Below the pieces are notes generated by a model, which worked only from the letters and a program-made list of their open reading frames with translations, had not been told where the DNA came from and ran no database searches. The position numbers were made by a program, and so were the translations under genes. Source: Nibricoccus sp. (GTDB taxonomy: Bacteria > Verrucomicrobiota > Verrucomicrobiia > Opitutales > Opitutaceae). From it: DNA of 64,000 bases. Where the stretch lies: NCBI GenBank assembly GCA_047602425.1, contig JASGHG010000001.1, positions 2,848,001 to 2,912,000 on the forward strand, given 5' to 3'. Positions within the stretch are counted from its first letter, which is position 1, and every line of letters begins with the position of its first letter. Of this stretch, positions 37,566 to 46,988 are shown in pieces.

Positions 37566-39158
37566 ATGCTGCGGAAGTTGTTCGCCAAAATACGCAAAAC
37601 CATCGGCGGTTCGTCCTCGTCCAAATCCGAGAAACCAAAACCTGCTCAATCTCACGGTTCTCACCGCGGCGCCGCCTCGCACGCCAAAAAGCCAGCTAAA
37701 GGTGGGCATCCCACGCAGGCACGTCACGAACAGTCGGAACAGGCTTCACGCGGCCCGCGACATAACAGCCCGAAGCAAAATGGTCCGAAACATGGTGGGC
37801 ACGGGGGCAAACCGCGCCACGAATCACATGGACCCTCGCGCGGGCACCATGGGTCTGCGTCCCGCGCTCCGCGTCCTCAGCGCGAAGAGCGCTATGAACC
37901 GCCGCACAGTGTCCACGTGCCGCCGCCGCCCGTCGACGTGCCGAAGATGGACAATGCTTTTTCCAAGCTCGGCCTCAACGACTCGCTCGCGTTTGCCGTC
38001 CAGGAAATGGGTTTTGTCGAACCAACACCCATCCAGCAACAAGCCATCCCGGTCGTGCTGGCCGGTGGCGATGTGATCGGGTCGGCCCAGACCGGCACGG
38101 GCAAAACCGCGGCCTTTGCGCTGCCGATTCTTCAACGCCTCGGCGGCCACGGAAAACTGCGCTGCCTGATTCTCGAACCTACACGCGAACTCGCGCTCCA
38201 AGTCGAGGAAGCATTTAAGAAGTTCAGCAAATTCACCGACCTGCGCGTGACCGTTGTGTATGGCGGTGTTGGATACGGCAAACAACGCGATGACCTGCGG
38301 CACGGCATGGATGTGCTAGCCGCGACTCCCGGCCGCCTGCTCGACCACATGGAACAGGGCGATGTTCGCCTCGACACGATCGACATTCTCGTGCTCGACG
38401 AAGTCGATCGCATGCTCGACATGGGTTTTCTACCGGACGTGAAGCGCATCGTGAACAAATGCCCGAAAGAGCGGCAGACGTTGTTCTTCACTGCCACGCT
38501 TCCGCCTGAAATCGCGTCGCTCGCAGGCTGGGCCTTGCGCAATCCAGTCGAGATCAAGATTGGCGCCCGCCGTTCACCCGCTGAGACGATCGCCCACGCT
38601 TTCTATCCCGTGGTCGAATCGCAAAAATTCGAGCTGCTGCAAGCCTTGTTGGAGCGCACGGACTACAAGAGCGTGATTATTTTCTCGCGCACGAAGTTTG
38701 GCGCCGACCGCATTGCCCGCCGGCTGCAAAAAGATCACTCCGTCGGTGTAATTCACTCAGATCGCAGCCAACGCGAACGCGTTGAAGCGCTCGAAGGTTT
38801 CAAGAGCGGGAAGTTCGAAGTGCTTGTCGCGACCGATATCGCGGCCCGGGGTCTCGATATCGCCGGCGTGTCGCATGTGATTAATTACGATGTGCCGGAG
38901 AATCCCGAGGACTATGTTCACCGCATCGGCCGTACGGGCCGCGCGCAAAACACAGGCGACGCTTTCACTCTGGTGACCGAGGAAAATGTTCGCGATGCCC
39001 GCTCGATTGAACGTTTCATCGGCACGGCCATCGAACGAAAGAAAATCGAGAATTTCCCGTACATCTATTCCGCGCTCTTCGACGACAAAGCGCTGGCTGA
39101 GTCGGCCGCCGCTGCCGCGAAGCCCACCAGCCGTCTGCATCGCGGCGCGCGACGCTGA
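37566..39158 (+). CDS. DEAD-box RNA helicase (RhlE-like) with low-complexity N-terminal extension
   Basis: PTPIQ, AQTGTGKT, PTRELA, TPGRLLD, DEVDRMLDMGF, TAT, ARGLD, HRIGRTGR; ATG at 37566. Confidence 0.95.
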   Translation: MLRKLFAKIRKTIGGSSSSKSEKPKPAQSHGSHRGAASHAKKPAKGGHPTQARHEQSEQASRGPRHNSPKQNGPKHGGHGGKPRHESHGPSRGHHGSASRAPRPQREERYEPPHSVHVPPPPVDVPKMDNAFSKLGLNDSLAFAVQEMGFVEPTPIQQQAIPVVLAGGDVIGSAQTGTGKTAAFALPILQRLGGHGKLRCLILEPTRELALQVEEAFKKFSKFTDLRVTVVYGGVGYGKQRDDLRHGMDVLAATPGRLLDHMEQGDVRLDTIDILVLDEVDRMLDMGFLPDVKRIVNKCPKERQTLFFTATLPPEIASLAGWALRNPVEIKIGARRSPAETIAHAFYPVVESQKFELLQALLERTDYKSVIIFSRTKFGADRIARRLQKDHSVGVIHSDRSQRERVEALEGFKSGKFEVLVATDIAARGLDIAGVSHVINYDVPENPEDYVHRIGRTGRAQNTGDAFTLVTEENVRDARSIERFIGTAIERKKIENFPYIYSALFDDKALAESAAAAAKPTSRLHRGARR

Positions 39159-39161
39159 GTC

Positions 39162-39602
39162 GTGGGCGGTAAATCCGATAGAACGCGTAACACGTCGGTG
39201 TCGACCGGCCGCGGTGGCTTCGGCTTGGCGCCTCTCTTTTTTCTGATCGCGTTACTGATTGCGCCGACGCTCGCGGTAGTACGAAGGGATATTTTGGATC
39301 ATCCATTCTGGTTGTTGATAATTGCGGTTGTGAGTTTCACCTCCTTTGCTTGTCTATGGCTCGACAAGCGCCGAGCTGAGCAGGAGCGGTGGCGGGTACC
39401 GGAAAACTTCCTGCACCTGCTGGAGCTGGCCGGTGGCTGGCCAGGCTCGTTTGTGGCGCAACGATTATTTCGGCACAAGATCTCGAAGCTCAGTTACCAA
39501 ATTGTCTTTTGGTTGATCGTTGTCGCCTACGAGCTTCTTTCGGTCGATTTTCTGCTTGGATGGAAAATCGCGCAGCAGCTGAGGCAATTGGCGGGGCTGT
39601 GA
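39162..39602 (+). CDS. DUF1294 family membrane protein
   Basis: DKRRAEQERWRVPENFLHLLELAGGWPG...FRHKISK. Confidence 0.85.
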   Translation: MGGKSDRTRNTSVSTGRGGFGLAPLFFLIALLIAPTLAVVRRDILDHPFWLLIIAVVSFTSFACLWLDKRRAEQERWRVPENFLHLLELAGGWPGSFVAQRLFRHKISKLSYQIVFWLIVVAYELLSVDFLLGWKIAQQLRQLAGL

Positions 39603-39744
39603 CGCTGTCGCTTTTGATACGCTGACGAAGGTTTGTCCTGTCGCCCGGCATGCTGCCGCATGCTCCGAGAAGCGAATCCCCTTGAGAAATTGGTTCTTTT
39701 GCTCGACGTAACTCGGTGGTTAGTGCAGCCTTGCTCCAAGTACC

Positions 39745-40452
39745 ATGTGGCGCACGATGAGGTATGTCTTTTGGATCGTGTCGGCGAGCCTGAGTGTCGA
39801 GGCCGCAGAGAAACCGCGACCAACGGAAAAATTTCGCGGTGGCACGGTGGAATGGGCGCGGCTCAAGCACAGCGGCGGTTATTGGAACCGGCATGCGGAG
39901 AGCGACGATGCGATGATAAGTTATATGCGCGCGGCCACGACGCTCAACATTGGTTCGGAGTGGTGTTCGGCGGCGGCGAGCGACCTCGGGGAGATGACGA
40001 GGTATCCGTTTCTTTTTGCCGATACTCTGCAGCATCTTTCTGCTTCGGAAAAGCAGAACCTGGTCGAGTATCTAAAACGTGGAGGATTCATTTTTATCGA
40101 CGCGTGTTGTAACAACAGCATCAACCCCTCCGGGCGTGAATTTCTGTTCAATCACTTGAAGATCCTGCAGGGCATGTTGCCTGGTTTGGAGGTGGAGGTG
40201 CTGGACCCGAGCCATGAGGTCTTCTCGATCTATTTTAAAATGCAGGCATATCCGCCGCAAAGCCGCCCGGGCGGCACGACTTGGTCGAATGGCCCGACGT
40301 TTCCGCTCCGCTCTTTAAAATTCAACGGCCGGGTGGTGGGCATGCTTTCGATCAGCGGATTGCAATGTGGGTGGGCAAGGATGGGGCGTCAGGACGCGAC
40401 CCCATTTGTGCAGATGATGGCCAACATTTACCTCTACGCGATCACACATTGA
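39745..40452 (+). CDS. DUF4159 domain protein with signal peptide
   Basis: WARLK, YPFLF, NLVEYLKRGGFIFIDAC, HEVFSIYF, NIYLYAITH; start may be 39757. Confidence 0.8.
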   Translation: MWRTMRYVFWIVSASLSVEAAEKPRPTEKFRGGTVEWARLKHSGGYWNRHAESDDAMISYMRAATTLNIGSEWCSAAASDLGEMTRYPFLFADTLQHLSASEKQNLVEYLKRGGFIFIDACCNNSINPSGREFLFNHLKILQGMLPGLEVEVLDPSHEVFSIYFKMQAYPPQSRPGGTTWSNGPTFPLRSLKFNGRVVGMLSISGLQCGWARMGRQDATPFVQMMANIYLYAITH

Positions 40453-40502
40453 CGAAACATCGGTCTTTGTTTCCGGTCATCTAACAATCAACAATCGGTA
40501 AA

Positions 40503-41507
40503 ATGTCATCTACCCTGCCTCCGGTTTCCCCCGAAGTTGAAATCGACCTGCTGCGAAACGCGCGCGGTGTCTACCAAACGATCTCCCGCGAACTCGGGAA
40601 GCGGATTATTGGCCAGCGTGAACTGGTTCGCGATTTGTTGGTGGCCCTGCTTGCGCAGGGAAACTGTCTCATGATTGGCGTGCCGGGACTGGCGAAGACT
40701 TTGCTTGTCCGAACCCTGGCCGAATGCCTCGACCTGGATTTTCGACGGATTCAGTTCACGCCGGATTTGATGCCAGGCGATATCGTTGGCTCTGAGATCC
40801 TGGAACAGACGGAGACTGGCGGACGTCATTTTCGTTTTGTTCCAGGACCATTGTTCGGGCAATTGGTGCTGGCGGACGAAATCAATCGTACACCGCCAAA
40901 AACGCAGGCTGCCCTGCTCGAAGCGATGCAGGAACGCCGTGTGACAGTGGGTGGGGTTACGCATTCCTTGCGCGCTCCGTTTTTCGTGCTCGCGACGCAG
41001 AATCCAATCGAACAGGAAGGCACTTACCCATTGCCCGAGGCGCAACTGGATCGGTTTATGTTCTGTTTGCATGTCGGATACCCGTCGAAAGAGGACGAGG
41101 TGCAGGTGCTTTTGCGAACGACCGGCACGACGGAAGAAAAGCCAGGCGTGGTGCTGACGGGGCAGCAAATTGTCGCGCTGCAGAATGCGATCCGCGCGGT
41201 ACCGGTGCCGAAATCGGTCGCGGAATACGCCGTTACCCTGGTGCGCATGACGCGGCCCGGAAATGGCGACACCCATGAGACCATTGCCCGTTACGTGCGC
41301 TGGGGGGCGGGGCCTCGTGCGTCGCAATACCTGGCACTCGCCGGCAAAGCCTTCGCGGTGCTGGATGGGCGTTTCAACGTATCTTGTGAGGACATTGACG
41401 CCGCAGCGCCGCTCGTGCTCCGACATCGCATGATTCTAAATTATCGCGCGGAAGCCGACGGAATGTCCGCGGACGCCATCGTGGCTGCGATTGTCGCCAA
41501 AAAGTAA
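40503..41507 (+). CDS. MoxR-family AAA+ ATPase
   Basis: GVPGLAKT, RIQFTPDLMPGD, LADEINRTPPKTQAALLEAMQE, ATQNPIEQEGTYPLPEAQLDRF, GAGPRA. Confidence 0.96.
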   Translation: MSSTLPPVSPEVEIDLLRNARGVYQTISRELGKRIIGQRELVRDLLVALLAQGNCLMIGVPGLAKTLLVRTLAECLDLDFRRIQFTPDLMPGDIVGSEILEQTETGGRHFRFVPGPLFGQLVLADEINRTPPKTQAALLEAMQERRVTVGGVTHSLRAPFFVLATQNPIEQEGTYPLPEAQLDRFMFCLHVGYPSKEDEVQVLLRTTGTTEEKPGVVLTGQQIVALQNAIRAVPVPKSVAEYAVTLVRMTRPGNGDTHETIARYVRWGAGPRASQYLALAGKAFAVLDGRFNVSCEDIDAAAPLVLRHRMILNYRAEADGMSADAIVAAIVAKK

Positions 41508-41524
41508 CCGCCAGCTCCCGCCGC

Positions 41525-42502
41525 ATGCCAGTCGGTTCTAAAACTAGCAAAAAGATCCAACCATCCGGTTCGCCCGAAGATCCGACGTCAAAACCGACGC
41601 CACTCGACGTCGGTCTGCTGGCGGCGCTGCCCACGCTCTCGCTTCGTGCGCGGTACATGGTAGAAAGTTTCATGACCGGGCGCCACCGCAGCCCATTGAA
41701 GGGGACGTCGCCGGAATTTGCCGAATATCGCGCCTATCAGCCGGGGGACGATTTGCGACGGATTGACTGGCGGCTCTACGGCAGGTCGGACCGGCTGCAG
41801 ACGAAGCAGTTTGAGGACGAGAACCAATTGCGCGTTGAACTGGTTCTTGATGTTAGTTCGTCGATGCGATATGCGAGCCGGGTCGGGATCTTCACAAAAT
41901 TTGACTATGCGCGCACGGTGCTGGCGGCGATTGCATTGCTAGCGCGCCGCCAGCACGATGCCGTCGGACTCGCATTTGTAGGCGCGGGACGCGCGGCCGA
42001 TGGAGGATTGATCGGGTTTCATCGTCCGGGCGCGTCCGTGCAGCATCATCACGATATCTTCAATCAACTCGACACTCCTCCAGCAGCCCAAGGCTCCGCT
42101 ATTGTCGAAGGATTGCGACGTCTTGCCCGCCTTTTGTCCGGCGGTGGATTGGTTGTTGTCGCAAGCGATTTCTACGCTGACGTGGCGGAACTGGAGAGCC
42201 TGCTCGCGTTATTCCGTTCAGAACGATTGGAGATGCTTGGCTTGCAGGTGCTCGATCCGATGGAAATCGAATTTGGCGAGGCGAAGTCCGGGCAATTTGT
42301 CGATTTGGAGAGCGGAGAAGTTTTGCCGCTAAATTCCCGGGCCGCGAGAAAAGGCTATCTCGAGCGTTTCACGGCGCATCGAAACAAACTGATGGAATGC
42401 TTCCGCGAGTATGGGGCTGATTTGTTATTGATGCGCACTGATGAACATCCGCTCGACGCGCTCAGCAAATATCTAGCCCATCGCAGTTGCCGAACGCGAT
42501 GA
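41525..42502 (+). CDS. DUF58 (vWA-like) MoxR partner
   Basis: GRHRS..KGTSPEFAEYRAYQPGDDLRRIDW, LDVSSSM, SDF. Confidence 0.92.
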   Translation: MPVGSKTSKKIQPSGSPEDPTSKPTPLDVGLLAALPTLSLRARYMVESFMTGRHRSPLKGTSPEFAEYRAYQPGDDLRRIDWRLYGRSDRLQTKQFEDENQLRVELVLDVSSSMRYASRVGIFTKFDYARTVLAAIALLARRQHDAVGLAFVGAGRAADGGLIGFHRPGASVQHHHDIFNQLDTPPAAQGSAIVEGLRRLARLLSGGGLVVVASDFYADVAELESLLALFRSERLEMLGLQVLDPMEIEFGEAKSGQFVDLESGEVLPLNSRAARKGYLERFTAHRNKLMECFREYGADLLLMRTDEHPLDALSKYLAHRSCRTR

Positions 42503-44484
42503 ATTTGCTGCTCCCTGTTTTTCTTGGTGCGGCGGCATTGGTCGGGCTGCCGATCGTGATGCACCTTTTGCGACTGCAATCGCGAATCAGGATTCCGTTT
42601 CCTTCGCTGCAATTTCTTGGTGGTTCGGCTTTGCGCGATTCGCGGCGCCACAGCCTTTGGCGCTGGCTGACCTTGTTGCTGAGATGTTTGTTTATTCTTC
42701 TGGTGGCGCTGGCATTTTCCCGGCCCTTCTGGCCCTTGGAACACAGTGCTACGAGTCGAGCAATCGTGGTGGTGGTGGACAACTCTTACAGTATGCAGGC
42801 GGCGGGACGCATCGCGGCGGTGGAAGCGTGGTTGAAACCCGGACTGGAATCGCTTCGTCCGCCGGACGAGTTGGGAGTTTTGATGTTGCATCCCTCGCCT
42901 CAGTGGATCGCTCCCTTAAGCGCGGACATCGATGCCGGTCTCCGCGCGCTTTCGCAGTTTCCGAAAGCGTATTCAACAACGCACTACCGCGCAGGACTGG
43001 AACTTGCGGCCACCGCGCTATCCACGACTTCCACTCGACAAAAAGAAATCATATTGGCGGGGGATCAGCAACGACTCGGTTGGAGCGACGTTCGTTTTGA
43101 CCGACAGTTTCCTCCGGGAGTCAAATTGCTTACTGCTCCGATGGCCAAGAATCCTGACCGACAGGCGGCAATCACGTCGGTCAACGCTTTTCGCAATGCA
43201 AAGAACGAGTTGGAATTGGAGGCTGTCGTTTTGGGTTATGCTTCGGAGATTTTCGAAAGGACCTTAACCTTCTACCGGAACGACGAGCAACTCGGCAAGG
43301 TCACATGTCGGATCGGTGGCAGAATTCCCCAAGTTGTACGCGCAGCGTATGCGGTGACGGATCCCAGCGGTACACAAATCATCCGCGCGGAGCTCGATCC
43401 CGACGAACTGACGGTCGATGACGTTGCTTACGCGGTGCTTCCGGCCGGCGATGATCGGCGCGCCATGATGGCACCCGGCTCGTCAACGGGTACGGTGGAT
43501 TATCTGGCCTTGGCCCTGAACGCTGCGCAGGGAGGGAAACTCACCCATTTTCAAATCGATGCCATGGTGTTTTCGGGCCAACCCTGGCCGATATCGAGCG
43601 TTGCCTTGCTTCGCGGGTCGGCGCCATTTTCGGGCAACGCCGAACGTGCCCTCGACGAGTTTCTTTTGGCTGGTGGTTCGGCATGGCTGATATGCGATGG
43701 TTCGCCCGAGCAAACTGCATGGTTGAAGAAACGCGGAATCGACCTGGCGCCGGTGAGGGCGTCGGCGGGCGGATTGAAGCTGCGCGATTTGGCACTGGAG
43801 CATCCGCTGTTTGCCGCCTTTGAAGGGCAAAGCCTCGCTCCATTGCTCGAACCTGCATTTCGACGGGGTTGGGCGATTGGCGGACCCTCCGTGGAGCCTT
43901 TGGCGCGCTGGCCGGACCGCAGCGTGGCGATAGCAGAGGTTTCGACCGGGCTAGGGCGCATCTTGATCACCGGTTTTGGCGCGACGCGCGAGGATTCCGA
44001 TTTACCGTTGAGCGCCGCATACCTGCCGCTTGTTCACCAAGCCGTTTTTTGGCTGGCCGAAAACAAATTGGTCGCGCCCGACAGCGGACGTGTTGGCGAA
44101 ACGTTGGCTCTGCCGGGGAAGGGGACTTGGCGGCCGGTTGTATCTCCCATGGCCGTGGGGGCTTCGACGGTGGACGGTTTTGTGGTGCCGGAAGCGCCGG
44201 GAATTTACGAGTACGACGATGGTGTCAGGAAACGTTGGTATGCCATAAACCTGGAAACCAGCGAATCCGATCTTTCTCCGTGGCCAACACCGGCGGATTT
44301 CGCCTCGCTCGTTTCCAAAGAGCCAGCAAAGCCCGAACCAACGGCGAATGCTACAAGCAAGACTAGCCAACCGGTGATCGACGCCCGCCTGGTCGACGAA
44401 CGTCACGCTTGGTGGTGGCTTATTGCTGTTTCATTGGTTCTGCTTGTTTTGGAGTTGATGCTGTCAAACCGAACCATCCCATGA
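42499..44484 (+). CDS. BatA-type N-terminal double-TM plus vWA domain membrane protein
   Basis: LPIVMHLL, FPSLQFL, LLLRCL, FSRP, MIDAS VDNSYSM, C-terminal ESDL...WWWL TM; ATGA overlap with DUF58. Confidence 0.85.
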   Translation: MNLLLPVFLGAAALVGLPIVMHLLRLQSRIRIPFPSLQFLGGSALRDSRRHSLWRWLTLLLRCLFILLVALAFSRPFWPLEHSATSRAIVVVVDNSYSMQAAGRIAAVEAWLKPGLESLRPPDELGVLMLHPSPQWIAPLSADIDAGLRALSQFPKAYSTTHYRAGLELAATALSTTSTRQKEIILAGDQQRLGWSDVRFDRQFPPGVKLLTAPMAKNPDRQAAITSVNAFRNAKNELELEAVVLGYASEIFERTLTFYRNDEQLGKVTCRIGGRIPQVVRAAYAVTDPSGTQIIRAELDPDELTVDDVAYAVLPAGDDRRAMMAPGSSTGTVDYLALALNAAQGGKLTHFQIDAMVFSGQPWPISSVALLRGSAPFSGNAERALDEFLLAGGSAWLICDGSPEQTAWLKKRGIDLAPVRASAGGLKLRDLALEHPLFAAFEGQSLAPLLEPAFRRGWAIGGPSVEPLARWPDRSVAIAEVSTGLGRILITGFGATREDSDLPLSAAYLPLVHQAVFWLAENKLVAPDSGRVGETLALPGKGTWRPVVSPMAVGASTVDGFVVPEAPGIYEYDDGVRKRWYAINLETSESDLSPWPTPADFASLVSKEPAKPEPTANATSKTSQPVIDARLVDERHAWWWLIAVSLVLLVLELMLSNRTIP

Positions 44485-46988
44485 CCGGAGATCCGCGATC
44501 GATTTTGTTTCATCGTCATCGGTTTGACCGGTGGGTGGTTCCCCTCTGGGTGATTGTGACGGGCCTCGTATTGGACAACGTGCTTGTTTACGCGAACGCG
44601 TCGGCCCGTGCCCATCTCGTGCTGGCGGGCGGCGTGCTATTGGCCGCATTTGCGGCGAAAATGCTGTTTCGCCCGAGCCTGCAAGACACCGCCCGTCGAT
44701 TGGATGCCTCGGCGAGTACGAGAAATCGCTTCGAGGCCATCGCTTCGCTTGAAGGGATCAATCATCCGCTTGCCAGGGCGCTCAACGATGAGACAGGAGA
44801 TTTCCTATTTCGACGCCAGTTGCCGCCGGCCTACATGACGATCGTGGGCATGGTATTGTTGGTGGCATTTGCGGTCATACGGCTTGCCACCCTGAAAACG
44901 GGACGAGAAGCCGCCGAACCTGAACGCATCACCGCCGCACCGGTTGCTGCAAACCAAGAGGAACCGCCAAAGCAAACGCCGATGCCGCTGGCCGCGTTGA
45001 GCTGGCTGGAGCCGGCTTCCAGTATTGTGGCGACGCAGAGCGAACTGGTGCCGCTGCTCGCCAAAGCGAACAGCAGCGCTGCGCTTAAAAATGTGAAATT
45101 GCACGTAATGGTTGGCGCCGAACTCGTGCAGGTGACTCCCCTGGAATCTGTCGGCGCCGGCGAGCACAGGATTCAATGCCTGCTGGATCTGGGAAAGTTG
45201 AAATGCGAGCCGTATTCATTTGTTGGATATTATCTCAGCGCAGAACTTAGCCGGGAGGGTGTCACTCCCGATACGCCGCCCTGGCCGGAATTATTTTCAA
45301 CGTTGCAGCTGATACAAATACGGCCTGCGGGAAGCGATCTCACGGCCGGCCCACCTCCGGCGGACGAAGCGGCCTCGAGCGAACTCGAGCGTCTGCTTTA
45401 TGCGGTGAAACGTGCGAAGGTGGCGCAGGTCGAAGTGGCGGCGGCGAGTTTCGAACTCGCCCATGGACAACCACCCGCCATCGACCCGGCTTGGCGCGCG
45501 AAGATGAAAGAAACGGCGACGAAGGAGCGAGCGATTTGGCAGAACGACAAAGAACTGCTGGCCGCGGTTAAAGACGACCTCGCCCTTTGGTCCGCGATCG
45601 ATCTGTTGCACCGCGAAGGCTCCGAGCTCGAAGCGACGTGGGACAGCCTGGGCAAGAACGATCCCGCCGCCGCTGTTGGTTCCTCGCAGCGGGCGTTGGC
45701 TAAAATCGCAGAACTGGAGCAAGTTTTTGCAACAGCGCTGGCGAAGCAGCAGGAGGCGAAGAGCATTTTGCTTAACGATACCTTGACGGAGGACGGCGTG
45801 CTTAAATTACCCGCCCGCGATGGCACGCCGGCAGGATTGCTGGAGCGTGACGCACGTGAGCAGCAGACGCTCGCGAACGAACTCGCTAAACGAACGGCAA
45901 CGACGGCAAATGCTTTTTCGACGGAAAAGGAGGTCGTTAACGATCTCACCAAACTTGCGGCCAACGAAGGTTTTTCCACCGAGGTCAGAAGTCTGGTTTC
46001 GTCGGCAGTGGTTGATGCTCGTGAAGCCCGCCAACATCTTAACGACCGCGATCAACGGGCGGCCACTGAGCCGGCGGCTCGCGCGGCTCAGGCGCTTCAG
46101 GCAAGCGTGAACGCCATGGAAGCTTCCGGGCGTCAATCGGCGGCGAGACAACTGGCGTCGGCCCAGCGCGAACTGAACGAAGCGGCCTTGGCGGAAAAAG
46201 ACGGCGATTCCGCCTCGGCAGAGCGCACGCTGGAAAAAATCCGGGCGCAAGTTGCTCAAGAGGCGCTCGCGCAGCAGCGGTCTGGTTCGGCAGAAGCGGC
46301 GAAAGAACTGGCCGAACTTCACGATGCCCTGCGAAAACCTCCAAAAAGAGACAATAGGCCGTTGTCCAAGGGTGAAACGCCGCCGGGCGCTGGCGAACAG
46401 CTGTCTGAACTCGCCCGCCTGGCCGCGGAAAAACGACAACAAGTCCTTAGCGACAAAGAACGTGAGCAAGAACTGGCAAAAGCGAGTGAGGAATTGCGCC
46501 GAGTCCGGCAGAACGTGAAACGTTCCGCGCAGAATAGCCCGAAGGACCTCGAGGAACTTTTTAAACAAGCGCAGGAGAACGCGCAGAAATCCGGCACGTC
46601 CCTCAATTTGCCTCCGCCTAAAGAAAATCCTCCTCCGAAATCGAACGCCGAAGAAAAAGATCCTGCCAAGGGTACCGTGTCCGACACCGCCATCGCGGCG
46701 GCACCTCCGGTATCGAAAACAGACGATCCTGTCCGAAAAGTGATAGAAGGACGCCCTTCGCCGAGTGCGGTGAACAGAGAGCGCTATGTGGATGGTCTTA
46801 TTTTGGAAATCGATCGCGCCATGGCCCAACTCGGACAAAAACGCGCGGCTGAACGAACGCAGGTGTTATCGACGGCGTCGGTAGCTGACGCCCCGGAACC
46901 CTATCGCAAGGCCGTGGGCGACTACTTCGAAGCGCTGGCGCGCGCGGGGCAGGCCGAATCTGTTCAATCCAGCACCTCCAAACGATGA
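44481..46988 (+). CDS. Membrane-anchored long helical/coiled-coil protein (DUF4175-like)
   Basis: N-terminal TM segments, ARRLD, central beta-rich part, long A/E/Q/R-rich helices, C-terminal PEPYRKAVGDYFEAL; ATGA overlaps at both ends. Confidence 0.7.
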   Translation: MTGDPRSILFHRHRFDRWVVPLWVIVTGLVLDNVLVYANASARAHLVLAGGVLLAAFAAKMLFRPSLQDTARRLDASASTRNRFEAIASLEGINHPLARALNDETGDFLFRRQLPPAYMTIVGMVLLVAFAVIRLATLKTGREAAEPERITAAPVAANQEEPPKQTPMPLAALSWLEPASSIVATQSELVPLLAKANSSAALKNVKLHVMVGAELVQVTPLESVGAGEHRIQCLLDLGKLKCEPYSFVGYYLSAELSREGVTPDTPPWPELFSTLQLIQIRPAGSDLTAGPPPADEAASSELERLLYAVKRAKVAQVEVAAASFELAHGQPPAIDPAWRAKMKETATKERAIWQNDKELLAAVKDDLALWSAIDLLHREGSELEATWDSLGKNDPAAAVGSSQRALAKIAELEQVFATALAKQQEAKSILLNDTLTEDGVLKLPARDGTPAGLLERDAREQQTLANELAKRTATTANAFSTEKEVVNDLTKLAANEGFSTEVRSLVSSAVVDAREARQHLNDRDQRAATEPAARAAQALQASVNAMEASGRQSAARQLASAQRELNEAALAEKDGDSASAERTLEKIRAQVAQEALAQQRSGSAEAAKELAELHDALRKPPKRDNRPLSKGETPPGAGEQLSELARLAAEKRQQVLSDKEREQELAKASEELRRVRQNVKRSAQNSPKDLEELFKQAQENAQKSGTSLNLPPPKENPPPKSNAEEKDPAKGTVSDTAIAAAPPVSKTDDPVRKVIEGRPSPSAVNRERYVDGLILEIDRAMAQLGQKRAAERTQVLSTASVADAPEPYRKAVGDYFEALARAGQAESVQSSTSKR

